The position numbers were made by a program, and so were the translations under genes. A stretch of DNA of 56,058 bases from IMG/VR virus record IMGVR_UViG_3300030102_004176, positions 1 to 56,058 of that record; one strand, 5' to 3'. The notes beneath the pieces were generated by a model that saw nothing but the letters and a program-made list of their open reading frames with translations, was not told the origin of the DNA and did not search any database. Of the stretch, positions 1 through 10,441 are shown one piece after another; the stretch's first letter is position 1, and each line of letters starts with the position of its first letter. Origin of the DNA: a virus. Taxonomy: Duplodnaviria > Caudoviricetes.

Positions 1-114
1 ACAGCTGGTACAGGTCCTGGTGTGAATCCATTTGCTCAAGCTGTTGGAGCAGGAGTGGGAGCTTATAAAGCTTTTGATCTTCTTGGTGGCACAGGTATAT
101 CAGGAAGTAAATAA
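1..114 (+). CDS. 3' end of a probable internal virion (DNA ejection) protein, partial
   Basis: Frame 1 is open from base 1 (TAGTGPGVNPFAQAVGAGVGAYKAFDLLGGTGISGSK*). Its TAA overlaps the next ATG (TAATG). Gly/Ala-rich C-terminus. Confidence 0.65.
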   Translation, partial: TAGTGPGVNPFAQAVGAGVGAYKAFDLLGGTGISGSK

Positions 115-2750
115 TGAGCAAAACTTTAAAAAGAAAATTGTTCAGGCACAAATATCAAATAGCCACGAAACAGGTGCCAGGACATATGGCTGGTATGCTC
201 ATAAATCCTCTCATGCAACTAGGTGCTAGAGTTGCACCTTATTTATCTCCGTATGCTATGGGTCTAAGACAAGCAGCACAACCAGTTATGCAAAGAGGTG
301 CTGAACTTGCAGGTAGAATAGGTCAGTCTCCAGCTGCAAAACTTGCCAAACGAGCGGGTAAAGCAATTGAAAAGTCACCATTTGGACAAGCTGCAGGGAA
401 AACTTTTTCTGTTTTATCTTTGCCTCTTGCTGGTGTTAGTGGTGGTAAAACTGTTTATGATACAACTATGGCTGCTAGTGATTTTATGGAGGGTGATGTC
501 GAAGGAGCAAAAGCTAGAGGTATTGAGGCTCTTCGTAGTGGTTTAGATACAGCTGCAGCAATTCCTTTTTTGCGACCAGGGGCATATTTGACCAGTAAAG
601 CGTTTACAGGAACAGGAAAAACGGGCATAACAAAACTAGCAGGTGAAATAACTCCTAAATTTGTTAAGAAAAATCCTTTAGTGTCAGAAATTCCAATAGC
701 TGCTGGTTATATGATGTTACCAGAGAATGCTGAAGGTCAGGAAATGTTTGACCCAAGTAAACCAAAAACAGCATCAGAATTAGGTTTATCTCCACCAACT
801 CCAGAAGACGAAGAACAAATAATTGATGACTCAACTAAAGATGCAACTGAACAAAATCTTGAAAGCACGCCACCCGATCAAAAACAACTATTAGTAAACT
901 CTGAAAATTTAGCAAGAGTCTATGGTCAGGCAGAAGGTGAATTAGCTGATGAAAGAAAAGATGTAACTTCTATGAAAAATGTTTTAAAAGAAACTGAACC
1001 TGAAATGTATGAAAAAGTTATGTCTGGAGAAGAGGGAGCTGATGTGAAAGAAGCTCAAGTAACACTTGATACTAACTTTGCTAGTGCAAATGAAACAGGT
1101 TTAATTAAAAACAATGTAAATCCCGATGGCGACAATAGTCTTGCAGGTAATGCTAATTATTCTGAAAATGAGACTTCATTAATGGAGATCGCTTCCGCTC
1201 AAGAGATAGAAGCTGGCAATATGTTAAAATCTCAAAAATTAATTAATGAATATGAAAAAAAATTAAATGATAGACAAAAACAATCTTTTGATGAATACAA
1301 AAAAACGTATCAACAAATGACTGGTGATGACGGAACTAACAATTATAGAGATATAGCTATATTCAAATGGGCTATGAGAATGATGAGTGCAAAAACAGCA
1401 CAAACAGGTATGGCAGGTTTTTTTGATGTGTTAGGTAGGTCCTCTTCTGCTTTAGCTGATGATATATTAGCGATTGATCAAAATGAAAAAGCTCAAAATA
1501 AATATATGGCTGAACGTTATTTAGATTACGAAAAATCATTTGATGCTACAACAGCACAAAATGACAAAGAAATATTTGCAGCTCAACTAGGTCTTGCTCA
1601 ACAATTAGAACAAAGGGCTTTCACAACAAATAGAGATGCAGCCGACAGAGCATTTCAAATGGCTAAGCTAGAAGCAGAATTAAGACAAAAAGCTGCAGCA
1701 GCGAAAGCAAAAGCAATGAGAGAAAATATGAAAGTTGATAACCCTGAAACTTACTTGTTAGAAGATAAAACTGTTTTTGGTGGACGTAGAAGTATAACTG
1801 TTTATCAAAATCCTCAAAAAGTACCGATGAAGTATGGTCCAGTTTATAATGAGAAAGGTCAAATTATTGATAGACAATTACAGCCTTTTACAGATGCTAA
1901 TGGTGTGCCTGCAGATTTAGATCAATACAGAAAAGTAAAATACAATGATACTCTGATTGCAAAAACTTTTAATTCTATGAAAATGGCAAACGAAGCCATG
2001 CGTTTCTCAAAACAGTTTGGTGATATTACTGATCAATTTGGCGATAATATTATTGGACTTTCAGGTGCTATTAAAATTCTTCAAACAAACTTTTTAGACG
2101 TCTTATCACAAGTTCCAGTAGTCGGTGGTGGTTTAGCAAGTAAACTAGGTGGAAATAATTTGAATGCTTTTGTAAATTCCAATATGTCCGATTCAGATTT
2201 TAAAAATGAATTAGCTAGACTTGCAGGGGTAACAGACTCTGGCGAAGCTGTGCCCCAAGAAAAAGTTGAAGAAATATTAGCAAAGTACGATGCCGATATT
2301 AAAGCTGCGGAGAAAGCTGTCAAATCAAGGACCTCAACATTTAAATTAGACAGAACAGATAGAACTCAAATTGAAGCCTTATCTTCATTAATGGTAATGG
2401 AACAGAGGATGAAATACGTTATTGCGCATGCAAACAAAGCAGGGGATAGATTAGCATTGTCAGATATTGCTTCTGCCGAAAAAAGAACAGAGATATTTCC
2501 TTTATTTAAAGCAAGACCACTCATAAAAGAAAACTACAAAAAGTTTTCACGAGATATGGAGACAGTTATGGCACAAAAATTTGAAGAATATTTACAGTAT
2601 GGTGGTGATCCAAATGTGATTATGAGAGCTTTTCCAGATAATGAGTGGGTGATAAAAACTTTAGATGAGCAAGGTATAAAACAAGAAAATATACCTTCTG
2701 AAGCTGATATAATTGAAAATTTAAAACGTAAAGGTTTAATTACATCATGA
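114..2750 (+). CDS. large helical protein, probable internal virion/ejection protein
   Basis: 878 aa Ala/Gly/Gln-rich ORF with coiled-coil segments, coupled to both neighbours, at the end of the structural operon. Function inferred from position. Confidence 0.6.
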   Translation: MSKTLKRKLFRHKYQIATKQVPGHMAGMLINPLMQLGARVAPYLSPYAMGLRQAAQPVMQRGAELAGRIGQSPAAKLAKRAGKAIEKSPFGQAAGKTFSVLSLPLAGVSGGKTVYDTTMAASDFMEGDVEGAKARGIEALRSGLDTAAAIPFLRPGAYLTSKAFTGTGKTGITKLAGEITPKFVKKNPLVSEIPIAAGYMMLPENAEGQEMFDPSKPKTASELGLSPPTPEDEEQIIDDSTKDATEQNLESTPPDQKQLLVNSENLARVYGQAEGELADERKDVTSMKNVLKETEPEMYEKVMSGEEGADVKEAQVTLDTNFASANETGLIKNNVNPDGDNSLAGNANYSENETSLMEIASAQEIEAGNMLKSQKLINEYEKKLNDRQKQSFDEYKKTYQQMTGDDGTNNYRDIAIFKWAMRMMSAKTAQTGMAGFFDVLGRSSSALADDILAIDQNEKAQNKYMAERYLDYEKSFDATTAQNDKEIFAAQLGLAQQLEQRAFTTNRDAADRAFQMAKLEAELRQKAAAAKAKAMRENMKVDNPETYLLEDKTVFGGRRSITVYQNPQKVPMKYGPVYNEKGQIIDRQLQPFTDANGVPADLDQYRKVKYNDTLIAKTFNSMKMANEAMRFSKQFGDITDQFGDNIIGLSGAIKILQTNFLDVLSQVPVVGGGLASKLGGNNLNAFVNSNMSDSDFKNELARLAGVTDSGEAVPQEKVEEILAKYDADIKAAEKAVKSRTSTFKLDRTDRTQIEALSSLMVMEQRMKYVIAHANKAGDRLALSDIASAEKRTEIFPLFKARPLIKENYKKFSRDMETVMAQKFEEYLQYGGDPNVIMRAFPDNEWVIKTLDEQGIKQENIPSEADIIENLKRKGLITS

Positions 2751-5700
2751 ACATAGCAGAATTACAAAAGTCTTTCGACAACTTTGAGTTTGACCCTTCA
2801 CAGTATGGTGAAGAAGAATTGCAAGCTATAGATCAAGCTTTCAAAGGCGGAGTGTTACAAAACTTTTCTGGAGTTGGTCAATACCAAGGCGTAAGACAGT
2901 CTGCACAAAAAGATATTGCTAAAGGTATACAGCAAGAAGAAGAAACAGTTCCTGGTGTTACAATACCTGGTGTTGGCACAGTAATGACAGAAAAAGCTAG
3001 CTTTGAAACTTTTGGAGATGTAGCTGGCTCTTTCATACCTTATATTATGGATAGACAAAAGCTTATTGATGCCTTTAATCCAGAAACAAGTAGACAATTT
3101 GGTGTAAATTATAGAAAAGGTTTTGTTCAAAAAACTGCTGATTTAGCATCTAAACTTGAAAAGATACCTATGGTGAAACGTTTTGGAATGTTAGGTAGAA
3201 TGTTTGCTAGAACTGTAGGTACACTGGGAAATGCAGTTAGAAAAACTGATGATTTCTTAAAATATGGTGCAACACAAGCTACAAAAACAGAATTAAAATC
3301 TATTACTGGTGGAGCTTTAGGAGCAGCTGCGGGTTCTACTGCTTTTGACACAGTAAATAATTTACAAAAAGATTTTGCAGTTGGTGTTCAATATGATCTA
3401 GCTGATGTAGCTGAGAATGAAAAAGATAAATTATCTCCAGTACAAAGAACATTAGCAAATGCAATGGAGGCAGCTAAAAACTCTTTATTGTGGGCAGGTG
3501 GTATGAACGCTTTTGCTGAAGGGGCAGGTATTACAGCTAAAGCTTTTGCAAAGAAACTTACATCAACAGGTACACCAGAATCAAAAGAAGTTGGTGAGTT
3601 AGCAAAAAAATATGGTATTAATTTAAATTTAGGTCAAGCTGCAAAAGAGGGTGGTATCTTCGGTAACTTTATTAAAACGTATTTTGAAACTCTTGGTATT
3701 ATGCCAGGTGTTGCAGTGGTTGGTAAAAGACAAAGAGCACCACAAGAAAAAAAAGTAGGTGAAGCTATGTTTGAGTTTGCAGAAAACTTTGCACCTGTGA
3801 CCACGGCTCGCATCTTAGGGTATGAGGCTTTAGATGTAATAGATAACAATTACATACAATACATGAATTTGATTGATGAGGGTTTCAAACAACTGAAAAA
3901 TGAAGCCGATGCTATGGGTAATCCAAGAATGATACCAACTACCAAATTAAGAGAAATGGCTCAAGAATATATGGGCGATCTAAAAGATTTTGAAATTGGT
4001 AAATTAGGTTTAGACGAAGATAAAAGACTTTTTAAAATGTTAGCTAAAAACGACCCTGTCAATGCTTTGTTCTTAAAATTTGCAGATCAAGGTATATTTG
4101 ATGATAAATTTTTTCTTACACCAAAAGAATATTTACAACTTAGAAAAGATATAAATAAGTCTGTGAAAATGTCACCTAACAACAGATCAATACTACAAGC
4201 AGCCACAGGACTAAGAAGAGGTCTGGAACAAGATCTTGGATCTGTAGGACAGCCAGCTGTTCAACAACAAATATTACAAAAAAGTCCAGATTTTGCTGGA
4301 AAACAATTTGCGAACGCTGCTGAAAAAAATAAATTTATGGAAGATTCAGCTAAAAATCTTGAAGTTTTTGGAAATGAATTAATAAACAAATTTCATATGT
4401 ATTCTGCAATTACATCACCTTTTGAAAGTATGACAGCTAAAGAATTAAAAAAATTTGGTGACTATCTTTTTTCAGCCAAATCTGAACTAGGTGTTATGGG
4501 AGAGGCAAAACAAGTGCCTAGTAAAATGTTTGACTCTGTGATTACAGGTATTTTAAGAGATGGATCACCTGAAGCGTTGAATGAACTTAGGTTTTTAGTG
4601 GGAGCGACTGATAAAGGTTTTACTCGTACAGTAAAAGAAACTCTACCAGATGGTAAAGTTGTAGATAAGCAAATTAAAGTCGGTGAAAACTTTATGAACA
4701 AACTTACTTCACGATTTATTTATGATGCATTTTTTAAATCTTTTGCAAAACAACCTGATGAAACTCTAGCTAGAAACTTGGAATTATTTAAAGATCTACA
4801 AGAAAAAGGTATGGCACGAGGTGTGTTTGCTGACGAAGTATTAGATGCTGCAGGAGTGGCTGATATTGCAAAACTTAAAGAAATTCAAGCTGAAAAGACT
4901 ATGGCTAATAATGTAGAAAGAATTACCAAAGAACAAATAGAAGTAAACTTAACACCAGAAGGTTTAGGTGAATTTCAAGGTATGGATGTTTTAAGAAAAA
5001 ATTTAGGTTTAAATAATGCTGACGGCAGTGTAAATCAAGCAGGTAGAGAAAAACTACAAATATTGTTTGGCACTGGTGAAAAGGGTGCAAAACAATTAAA
5101 AGATTTAGAAGACTTTTTAGATGTTGTAGAAAGATTTAATTCCCAGTCTATTGGTGAGAGTAGCCGATTCCTTACTCGAAGAATTGGCTTGACAGGTTTA
5201 TCCTTAACAGCTGGTACCATAGGTGCTTTTACAGGTGGTCTAGGAGTTGGTTTTATGGGTCTAATCTTGACTCCTTTATTATTAAGAGGTGTTGGTGGTT
5301 TGGTATCAAACCCTAAATATATGAAAGCTTTACTAGATGTTTACACACCTGATGAAAGATTAGCTCGACTTGGTAAAGGTTCTTTTAAAGATGCTCCTTT
5401 TATTGATCCTCTTCAACCGCTCGGTAAATATTTATCACCATCAAAAAGAAGATCATTAGGAATTTTATTAAATTATTTTAAAAGTTCAGAAGATGAAGTT
5501 CCTATAGACCCTGATACTATGACAGCAGAACAAATAAGAGATTATCTTTCAAACAAAGTAAGAACTATGGTCCCTAACACAGCTATGAAAATGTCTGATC
5601 TACCACCTAATCAAATTAAAAAAATGTTTCCTGATGTGCACCTTTATCAGAATTCATCTTTAGAAGATAGAGCAAAGTATGATGAAATACTTGCTGGTGG

Positions 5701-5965
5701 TATTAAAGCAAGAGCATTCACAGATGCAGTGCGTGATGCTGATAATGAAAGTGCCGTAAGAAATGTAAGCTTAGATGCGATGATCAGAAATCCTCAAGCT
5801 ATGCAACTTGCACAAAGTGCTCCTAGTGCACCAAGACAAGAAGAAATGACCACGCCTCAGCAGCCAGCTGCAACAGGTATGCAAAGACAAGGATTGTTTG
5901 CATCTCTATTTCCTAATGATCCTACTTTACAAATGTTAAGTCAGAGGAAACAAAACAATGCCTGA
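2747..5965 (+). CDS. large internal virion/ejection protein (putative)
   Basis: 1072 aa ORF with ATGA overlap and a Gly-rich hydrophobic segment (GLSLTAGTIGAFTGGLGVGFMGLIL), as expected for podovirus ejection proteins. Confidence 0.6.
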   Translation: MNIAELQKSFDNFEFDPSQYGEEELQAIDQAFKGGVLQNFSGVGQYQGVRQSAQKDIAKGIQQEEETVPGVTIPGVGTVMTEKASFETFGDVAGSFIPYIMDRQKLIDAFNPETSRQFGVNYRKGFVQKTADLASKLEKIPMVKRFGMLGRMFARTVGTLGNAVRKTDDFLKYGATQATKTELKSITGGALGAAAGSTAFDTVNNLQKDFAVGVQYDLADVAENEKDKLSPVQRTLANAMEAAKNSLLWAGGMNAFAEGAGITAKAFAKKLTSTGTPESKEVGELAKKYGINLNLGQAAKEGGIFGNFIKTYFETLGIMPGVAVVGKRQRAPQEKKVGEAMFEFAENFAPVTTARILGYEALDVIDNNYIQYMNLIDEGFKQLKNEADAMGNPRMIPTTKLREMAQEYMGDLKDFEIGKLGLDEDKRLFKMLAKNDPVNALFLKFADQGIFDDKFFLTPKEYLQLRKDINKSVKMSPNNRSILQAATGLRRGLEQDLGSVGQPAVQQQILQKSPDFAGKQFANAAEKNKFMEDSAKNLEVFGNELINKFHMYSAITSPFESMTAKELKKFGDYLFSAKSELGVMGEAKQVPSKMFDSVITGILRDGSPEALNELRFLVGATDKGFTRTVKETLPDGKVVDKQIKVGENFMNKLTSRFIYDAFFKSFAKQPDETLARNLELFKDLQEKGMARGVFADEVLDAAGVADIAKLKEIQAEKTMANNVERITKEQIEVNLTPEGLGEFQGMDVLRKNLGLNNADGSVNQAGREKLQILFGTGEKGAKQLKDLEDFLDVVERFNSQSIGESSRFLTRRIGLTGLSLTAGTIGAFTGGLGVGFMGLILTPLLLRGVGGLVSNPKYMKALLDVYTPDERLARLGKGSFKDAPFIDPLQPLGKYLSPSKRRSLGILLNYFKSSEDEVPIDPDTMTAEQIRDYLSNKVRTMVPNTAMKMSDLPPNQIKKMFPDVHLYQNSSLEDRAKYDEILAGGIKARAFTDAVRDADNESAVRNVSLDAMIRNPQAMQLAQSAPSAPRQEEMTTPQQPAATGMQRQGLFASLFPNDPTLQMLSQRKQNNA

Positions 5966-6179
5966 GCCAAGAACGACTAAAGAACATATTATATCTTTGT
6001 ATGGACACATTGAGGGTGTTAAAAGAGATGTAAAAACAATAAAAGAGAATCATCTAGCCCACATTCACGAAGACATTGATAAACTTGGTGAAAAAGTAGA
6101 CAAGTTGTTATTTTGGTTAATGAGTGGTATGCTCACAATAATCATAACAATAATAGGGCTTGTAGCATGGATCCAATAA
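5958..6179 (+). CDS. small coiled-coil protein with C-terminal transmembrane helix (XhlA/holin-like)
   Basis: 73 aa; heptad region followed by LLFWLMSGMLTIIITIIGLVAW. Confidence 0.6.
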   Translation: MPEPRTTKEHIISLYGHIEGVKRDVKTIKENHLAHIHEDIDKLGEKVDKLLFWLMSGMLTIIITIIGLVAWIQ

Positions 6180-6610
6180 CGATAGCAACAGCAGCCTTTA
6201 GCGCAATAAAATCTAGTGTTGAGGTTGGTAAACAATTGACTGACGTTTCAGGACAGATAATAAAATTTGTTAATCAAATGACAAATGTTGAAGAGGAACA
6301 TAAAAAACAAAAAGCCAGTTGGTTTACATCTTCAAACGAAGAAGCTTTAGACACATTTTTTAAAATTCAAAAAGTTCATCAAATGGAAGAGCAATTAAGA
6401 GAAGTGTTTATGCTTTACGGAAATATTAATATGTGGAATGAGTTCGTAGCCATTCGAGCAAAAGTTAGAAAAGAAAGACAGATAGCTAAAGCAAAAAAAC
6501 AAAGAGAACGAGCTGAATTATTACAGTTTTTAACATATGCTGGTCTTGCTTTAGGTGTTATTGCTATCATAGTTATATTTAGTATAAATTACTTTATGTT
6601 GACAAAATAG
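6167..6610 (+). CDS. conserved phage membrane-anchored protein
   Basis: Start moved to MDPITIATAAFSAIK (ATG 6167). C-terminal TM helix. Confidence 0.65.
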   Translation: MDPITIATAAFSAIKSSVEVGKQLTDVSGQIIKFVNQMTNVEEEHKKQKASWFTSSNEEALDTFFKIQKVHQMEEQLREVFMLYGNINMWNEFVAIRAKVRKERQIAKAKKQRERAELLQFLTYAGLALGVIAIIVIFSINYFMLTK

Positions 6611-6626
6611 TTGTAAACCGGCAAAA

Positions 6627-6649
6627 AACGACCGATTTTAAGCGCCGTA
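6627..6649 (+). repeat. 23-bp element, inverted copy of 25199-25221
   Basis: AACGACCGATTTTAAGCGCCGTA matches the reverse complement of 25199-25221 at 22/23 positions. Both copies are intergenic. Confidence 0.85.
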
Positions 6650-6743
6650 CACGCAAAGATTTTATGTAAGATGACCTTTACTACCTAGCTAAAAACCATT
6701 AAAATACATCTAGTTAACTAATAAACCTTATAAGGAGATAATA

Positions 6744-7022
6744 ATGCAAAAAAAAATGAAATCAAAAGGCTATGCCAAAGGTGGAGCCAAAATGATGAAA
6801 GCTATGGGCGGAAAAATGATGAAGTCTAAAGGTTACGCTAAGGGTGGAGCTAAAATGATGAAAGCTAAATCAGGTAAAATGATGAAAGCTATGGGCGGAA
6901 AAATGATGAAGTCCAAAGGTTACGCTAAAGGCGGAGCTAAAATGGTTAAAGCTAGTATGGGTGTAGCTGCTATGAAATCGGCTTTAAAGAAAAAAGGTTT
7001 CAAGGTCACAAAAATAAAATAA
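6744..7022 (+). CDS. Lys/Met/Gly-rich repeat protein (KSKGYAKGGAKM repeats), possibly nucleic-acid binding
   Basis: Strong RBS AAGGAGA. 92 aa with no Asp/Glu. Repeats carry synonymous codon differences, which supports coding. Confidence 0.75.
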   Translation: MQKKMKSKGYAKGGAKMMKAMGGKMMKSKGYAKGGAKMMKAKSGKMMKAMGGKMMKSKGYAKGGAKMVKASMGVAAMKSALKKKGFKVTKIK

Positions 7023-7059
7023 ATTCTTGCTTAGTATTATTTTATATTTATTATAGGGT

Positions 7060-7737
7060 ATGGCATATCTTATTAAGAACATACCCTATTTTAAAGTATG
7101 GGTAAGAAAAGAATTCACACACAATCACAGAAAATATCAGGGCGAGTACATTCATGCACTTGCTTGTGCTGTTACCAGTATCCCTGATAGGTGCTTAAGC
7201 TTTCAGGTCATTTTTACAGGTTGCGAAGACGAAGAGAATAGACTTGAAAATCCGCATGGTGGAGCAATGTGGGCACGAATGCCTATAACGGCTCTTGTGG
7301 CAGATGAACCTTTGGATATATTTCCTCCTCCCCTTCAAACTCATCTGGCACAACCATGGGATTGTTCAGCGCGTAACTTCGAGGTGATAAAATTTGATAG
7401 AACTTCAAGCAGTCCATGGCAATGTAAAATAGATGGAGAATTTTATACTGGCAAGTATTATTTTACTGTTGATTATACTGGATCAGAAATAGCTGATGAC
7501 CCTGCTCAACATAAACAATCACACGTTATTGAATTAACAAGTGGCCCCTGGAAAGGCTGCATTGTGGCTTTACCTAATAATAGAGTCAGAGTTACATCAC
7601 CAGCTATGTGGGTTACAGGGAAGGGAGCTCCTGATTTTATACCGAGTCAATGGACACACAGTGCTGAAGGACATGATAGCTATATGGATTGGGAAACTAC
7701 CTTTAATAATCTATATGCAGATAACGAAAAAGAATAA
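7060..7737 (+). CDS. conserved phage protein of unknown function
   Basis: 225 aa ORF with GAMWARMPITA, QPWDC, HKQSH and LPNNRV motifs familiar from marine phage hypotheticals. Confidence 0.75.
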   Translation: MAYLIKNIPYFKVWVRKEFTHNHRKYQGEYIHALACAVTSIPDRCLSFQVIFTGCEDEENRLENPHGGAMWARMPITALVADEPLDIFPPPLQTHLAQPWDCSARNFEVIKFDRTSSSPWQCKIDGEFYTGKYYFTVDYTGSEIADDPAQHKQSHVIELTSGPWKGCIVALPNNRVRVTSPAMWVTGKGAPDFIPSQWTHSAEGHDSYMDWETTFNNLYADNEKE

Positions 7738-8446
7738 ACAATTCGAAGTATCTGGCTTTACTATAAATAAAAAGTACAGTTATAAAGAATATTCAAGAAA
7801 TGATGAAGAGTCAGGTAGAACTTACAATGTTGGTGAGTTTAAAATACCATCTGTCACAACTATTTTAAACAAAACACAAAGCGAAGAAAAAAGAAGATCG
7901 CTTGATGCATGGAGAGAACGTGTAGGATATCAAGAAGCTGCACGGATCACGGCCCAAGCATCTAAAAGAGGCACAGAAATGCATTATGTATTAGAACAAT
8001 ATTTAAATGGAATAGGATATATCAACCTTTCTAAAGATGGTGTTTTACCTCGTATGATGGCACATACAATAGTTTCTAATCTTGACCGATTTAGTCAGGT
8101 ATATGGTACCGAAGTGAGTTTATTTTACAAAGATAGATGGGCAGGAATGACTGATGTGGTTGGTGTATATGATGATAAATCTACGATAGTGGATTTTAAG
8201 CAAGCTAACAAACCAAAAAGAGAAGAATGGATTGAGGACTATTATTATCAGATAGCTGCATATTCTTTAGCTCATAAATTAAATTTTGGTCCTATTGAAC
8301 AAGGTTTAATTTGTATATGCACAAAAGACCTGCAATATCAACAATTTAAGATGAATACAAATATGTTATCTGAGTATGAAGATAAGTGGATGGACAGGGT
8401 AGAAAAGTTTTACAAATATTCTAATACTTCTTCACCTAACGTTTGA
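7715..8446 (+). CDS. PD-(D/E)XK exonuclease
   Basis: PSVTTIL, RGTEMH, E..AGMTD..IVDFKQ and YYYQIAAY motifs. Start moved to MQITKK (7715). Confidence 0.85.
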   Translation: MQITKKNKQFEVSGFTINKKYSYKEYSRNDEESGRTYNVGEFKIPSVTTILNKTQSEEKRRSLDAWRERVGYQEAARITAQASKRGTEMHYVLEQYLNGIGYINLSKDGVLPRMMAHTIVSNLDRFSQVYGTEVSLFYKDRWAGMTDVVGVYDDKSTIVDFKQANKPKREEWIEDYYYQIAAYSLAHKLNFGPIEQGLICICTKDLQYQQFKMNTNMLSEYEDKWMDRVEKFYKYSNTSSPNV

Positions 8447-9816
8447 GCGCTAATCTTAAATTTTTTGTTTAATGCTTTAATAATAAACTCGTCAATGGTC
8501 GACCTAGCTAAAATATCTATATACGTTACTTTATTGTTTTGACCTATTCTATGGGCCCTATCTTCTGACTGTTGTCTTACTTCTAGATCATAATTATTGC
8601 TATAATAAATTACTGTGCTAGCTTTTGTAAGGTTAAGACCATAACCACCTGTTGTTGGATTTCCTACAAAGAAACGAACGTGTTTATTTCCCTGAAAGTT
8701 TTTTACAGCTGAAGTCCTAGCTTCAACAGGCACACTACCATAAATGGATACAACTGACATTGTTCCAAATTTGTCCTGTAACGTTTTAATAATAGTCTCT
8801 ATATTATGAACATAATTTGCCCAAATAATTACTTTACCATCAATCTCCTCAAGAATTCTTAACAACTCATCAAGTTTTGGATCTTCCAAACTTTGTTTTA
8901 CACCTTCATCTGTAACCATATAACCACAACAGACTTGATGCAATTTAATTATTTCTGTTAATTTATTTGTATAGCTGGCTTCTTTATCTTCAAGCACAGC
9001 ACGGGCAAACATTTTAAGTTGTGTATAAACTTTTAATTGATCACCTGTCATATCAACATATCTTTTTTCATATACTTTGTCTGGTAAATCAAGACAATCT
9101 TGTTTTTTTACACGATATGAGAAAGTTTTAAGTTTTTTTTCTAATTCATCAAGGTTGGTAAAATATAAAGGCAAGCTAAATTGTCTGCCTGTTGACCCTA
9201 GACCAATAGTTTTCATCACACAATAACGTGATCTAAATGCATAATAATTTGTAATACCTAACAGGTCTGGGTTAAGAAAACCACATTGACTAAATAAATC
9301 GAGTGGTGATTTTGTCACAGGTGAACCTGTTAATATTCTCTTATATCTTATAGATTTACATAATTTAGTAATTGTTTTTGTTCTTTTTGCTTGTCTGTTC
9401 TTAATAGTGGTAGCTTCATCGACGATGACCATTGCAGTATCTGCGTATTCATTTATAATATCTGTAACAATTTTTTCACCAGATTTACGAGAAAATGCTT
9501 CTATATTTATTAAAAAGAATGTTAATTTTTGTGATAGCCTTGCAAATTTTTTGTCTAATTTATGGATGCGAATTTCTGTGTCGACAGGACAATGAGTGTC
9601 TATTTCGTCCTTCCAATTACGATAAACCGAGTTTGGAGCCACTACCAAAACGACGTTAATTTTTTCTTGTTGATACAAATAGGCAGCGTTATCAATCGAA
9701 ACTTTTGTTTTACCCGTGCCCATTTCCATAAAATATGCATAATTAAATTTATCTGCACCTTCAATTAAAGCTTGTCTTTGATGTTCAAAAGGTTTGGTTT
9801 TATAGTCGTATCCCAT
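8410..9816 (-). CDS. SNF2-family (SF2) helicase
   Basis: MEMGTGKT (Walker A), VDEATTIKN, LTGSP, GGYGLNL, QSEDRAHRIGQ. Confidence 0.92.
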   Translation of the reverse strand: MGYDYKTKPFEHQRQALIEGADKFNYAYFMEMGTGKTKVSIDNAAYLYQQEKINVVLVVAPNSVYRNWKDEIDTHCPVDTEIRIHKLDKKFARLSQKLTFFLINIEAFSRKSGEKIVTDIINEYADTAMVIVDEATTIKNRQAKRTKTITKLCKSIRYKRILTGSPVTKSPLDLFSQCGFLNPDLLGITNYYAFRSRYCVMKTIGLGSTGRQFSLPLYFTNLDELEKKLKTFSYRVKKQDCLDLPDKVYEKRYVDMTGDQLKVYTQLKMFARAVLEDKEASYTNKLTEIIKLHQVCCGYMVTDEGVKQSLEDPKLDELLRILEEIDGKVIIWANYVHNIETIIKTLQDKFGTMSVVSIYGSVPVEARTSAVKNFQGNKHVRFFVGNPTTGGYGLNLTKASTVIYYSNNYDLEVRQQSEDRAHRIGQNNKVTYIDILARSTIDEFIIKALNKKFKISAQTLGEEVLEYL

Positions 9817-9827
9817 ATATTTATAAG

Positions 9828-9873
9828 TTTATATTAAATATTTGTTGACAAGTCAATTGATAAATTTTAAACA
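9828..9873. promoter_or_regulatory. back-to-back divergent sigma70-like promoters
   Basis: TTGACA (9845-9850, +) abuts TTGACT (9856-9851, -). Leftward -10 TATAAA and rightward -10 TAAACA, each at 17 nt. Confidence 0.55.
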
Positions 9874-9893
9874 TATATTGGAAAGGAGTTCTT

Positions 9894-10439
9894 ATGGACT
9901 TAGAAGCAGAATCTACCCGAATCAAGGTAGACACAGATGTCACTAAAGACATCGCACAATCTTGCAATAAGTTATTGGGACTTCAGGAACAAATGTCAAA
10001 GTGTGAAGAACATTTAAAAACCCTTCAAAACGAAGCACGTTTGCTTTCTGAACAAGAAATCCCTAACTTAATGCAACAAGCTGGCGTATCAATGCTTAAA
10101 TTAGCAGATGGATCATCTGTTGAGGTAAAGCCACAATATGCTGCAAAAATTCCTGTATCTAAACAAGGTGAAGCTTATACTTGGCTTCGTGATAACGGAT
10201 ATGGGGATATTATTAAAAATAATGTAACTGTTACTTTTGGAAAGTCTGAGGACAATGCCGCTCGGAGTGTCTTTCACGATCTTAAAGAAGCAGGACATAA
10301 TGTAGTTCAAAAGGAAAAAGTAGAACCTATGACACTAAAAGCATTTGTTAAAGAGCAAATACAGAATGGTCATAATATTCCTATGGATCTTTTTGGAGTA
10401 TATGTTGCTAACAAGACTAATATAAAAGGAGAAAAATAA
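9894..10439 (+). CDS. conserved replication-module protein
   Basis: RBS GGAAAGGAG. N-terminal coiled coil, WLRDNGYGDIIKN and VEPMTLKAFVKE motifs typical of genes preceding phage SSBs. Confidence 0.75.
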   Translation: MDLEAESTRIKVDTDVTKDIAQSCNKLLGLQEQMSKCEEHLKTLQNEARLLSEQEIPNLMQQAGVSMLKLADGSSVEVKPQYAAKIPVSKQGEAYTWLRDNGYGDIIKNNVTVTFGKSEDNAARSVFHDLKEAGHNVVQKEKVEPMTLKAFVKEQIQNGHNIPMDLFGVYVANKTNIKGEK

Positions 10440-10441
10440 TT

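Noticed and set aside
32-546. Short alternative-frame ORFs 32..229 and 343..546
   Set aside because: They overlap better-supported genes in another frame and have no RBS or motifs.
7541-7714. N-terminal extension of the exonuclease ORF
   Set aside because: It overlaps the 7060 gene by nearly 200 nt; ATG 7715 is more plausible.
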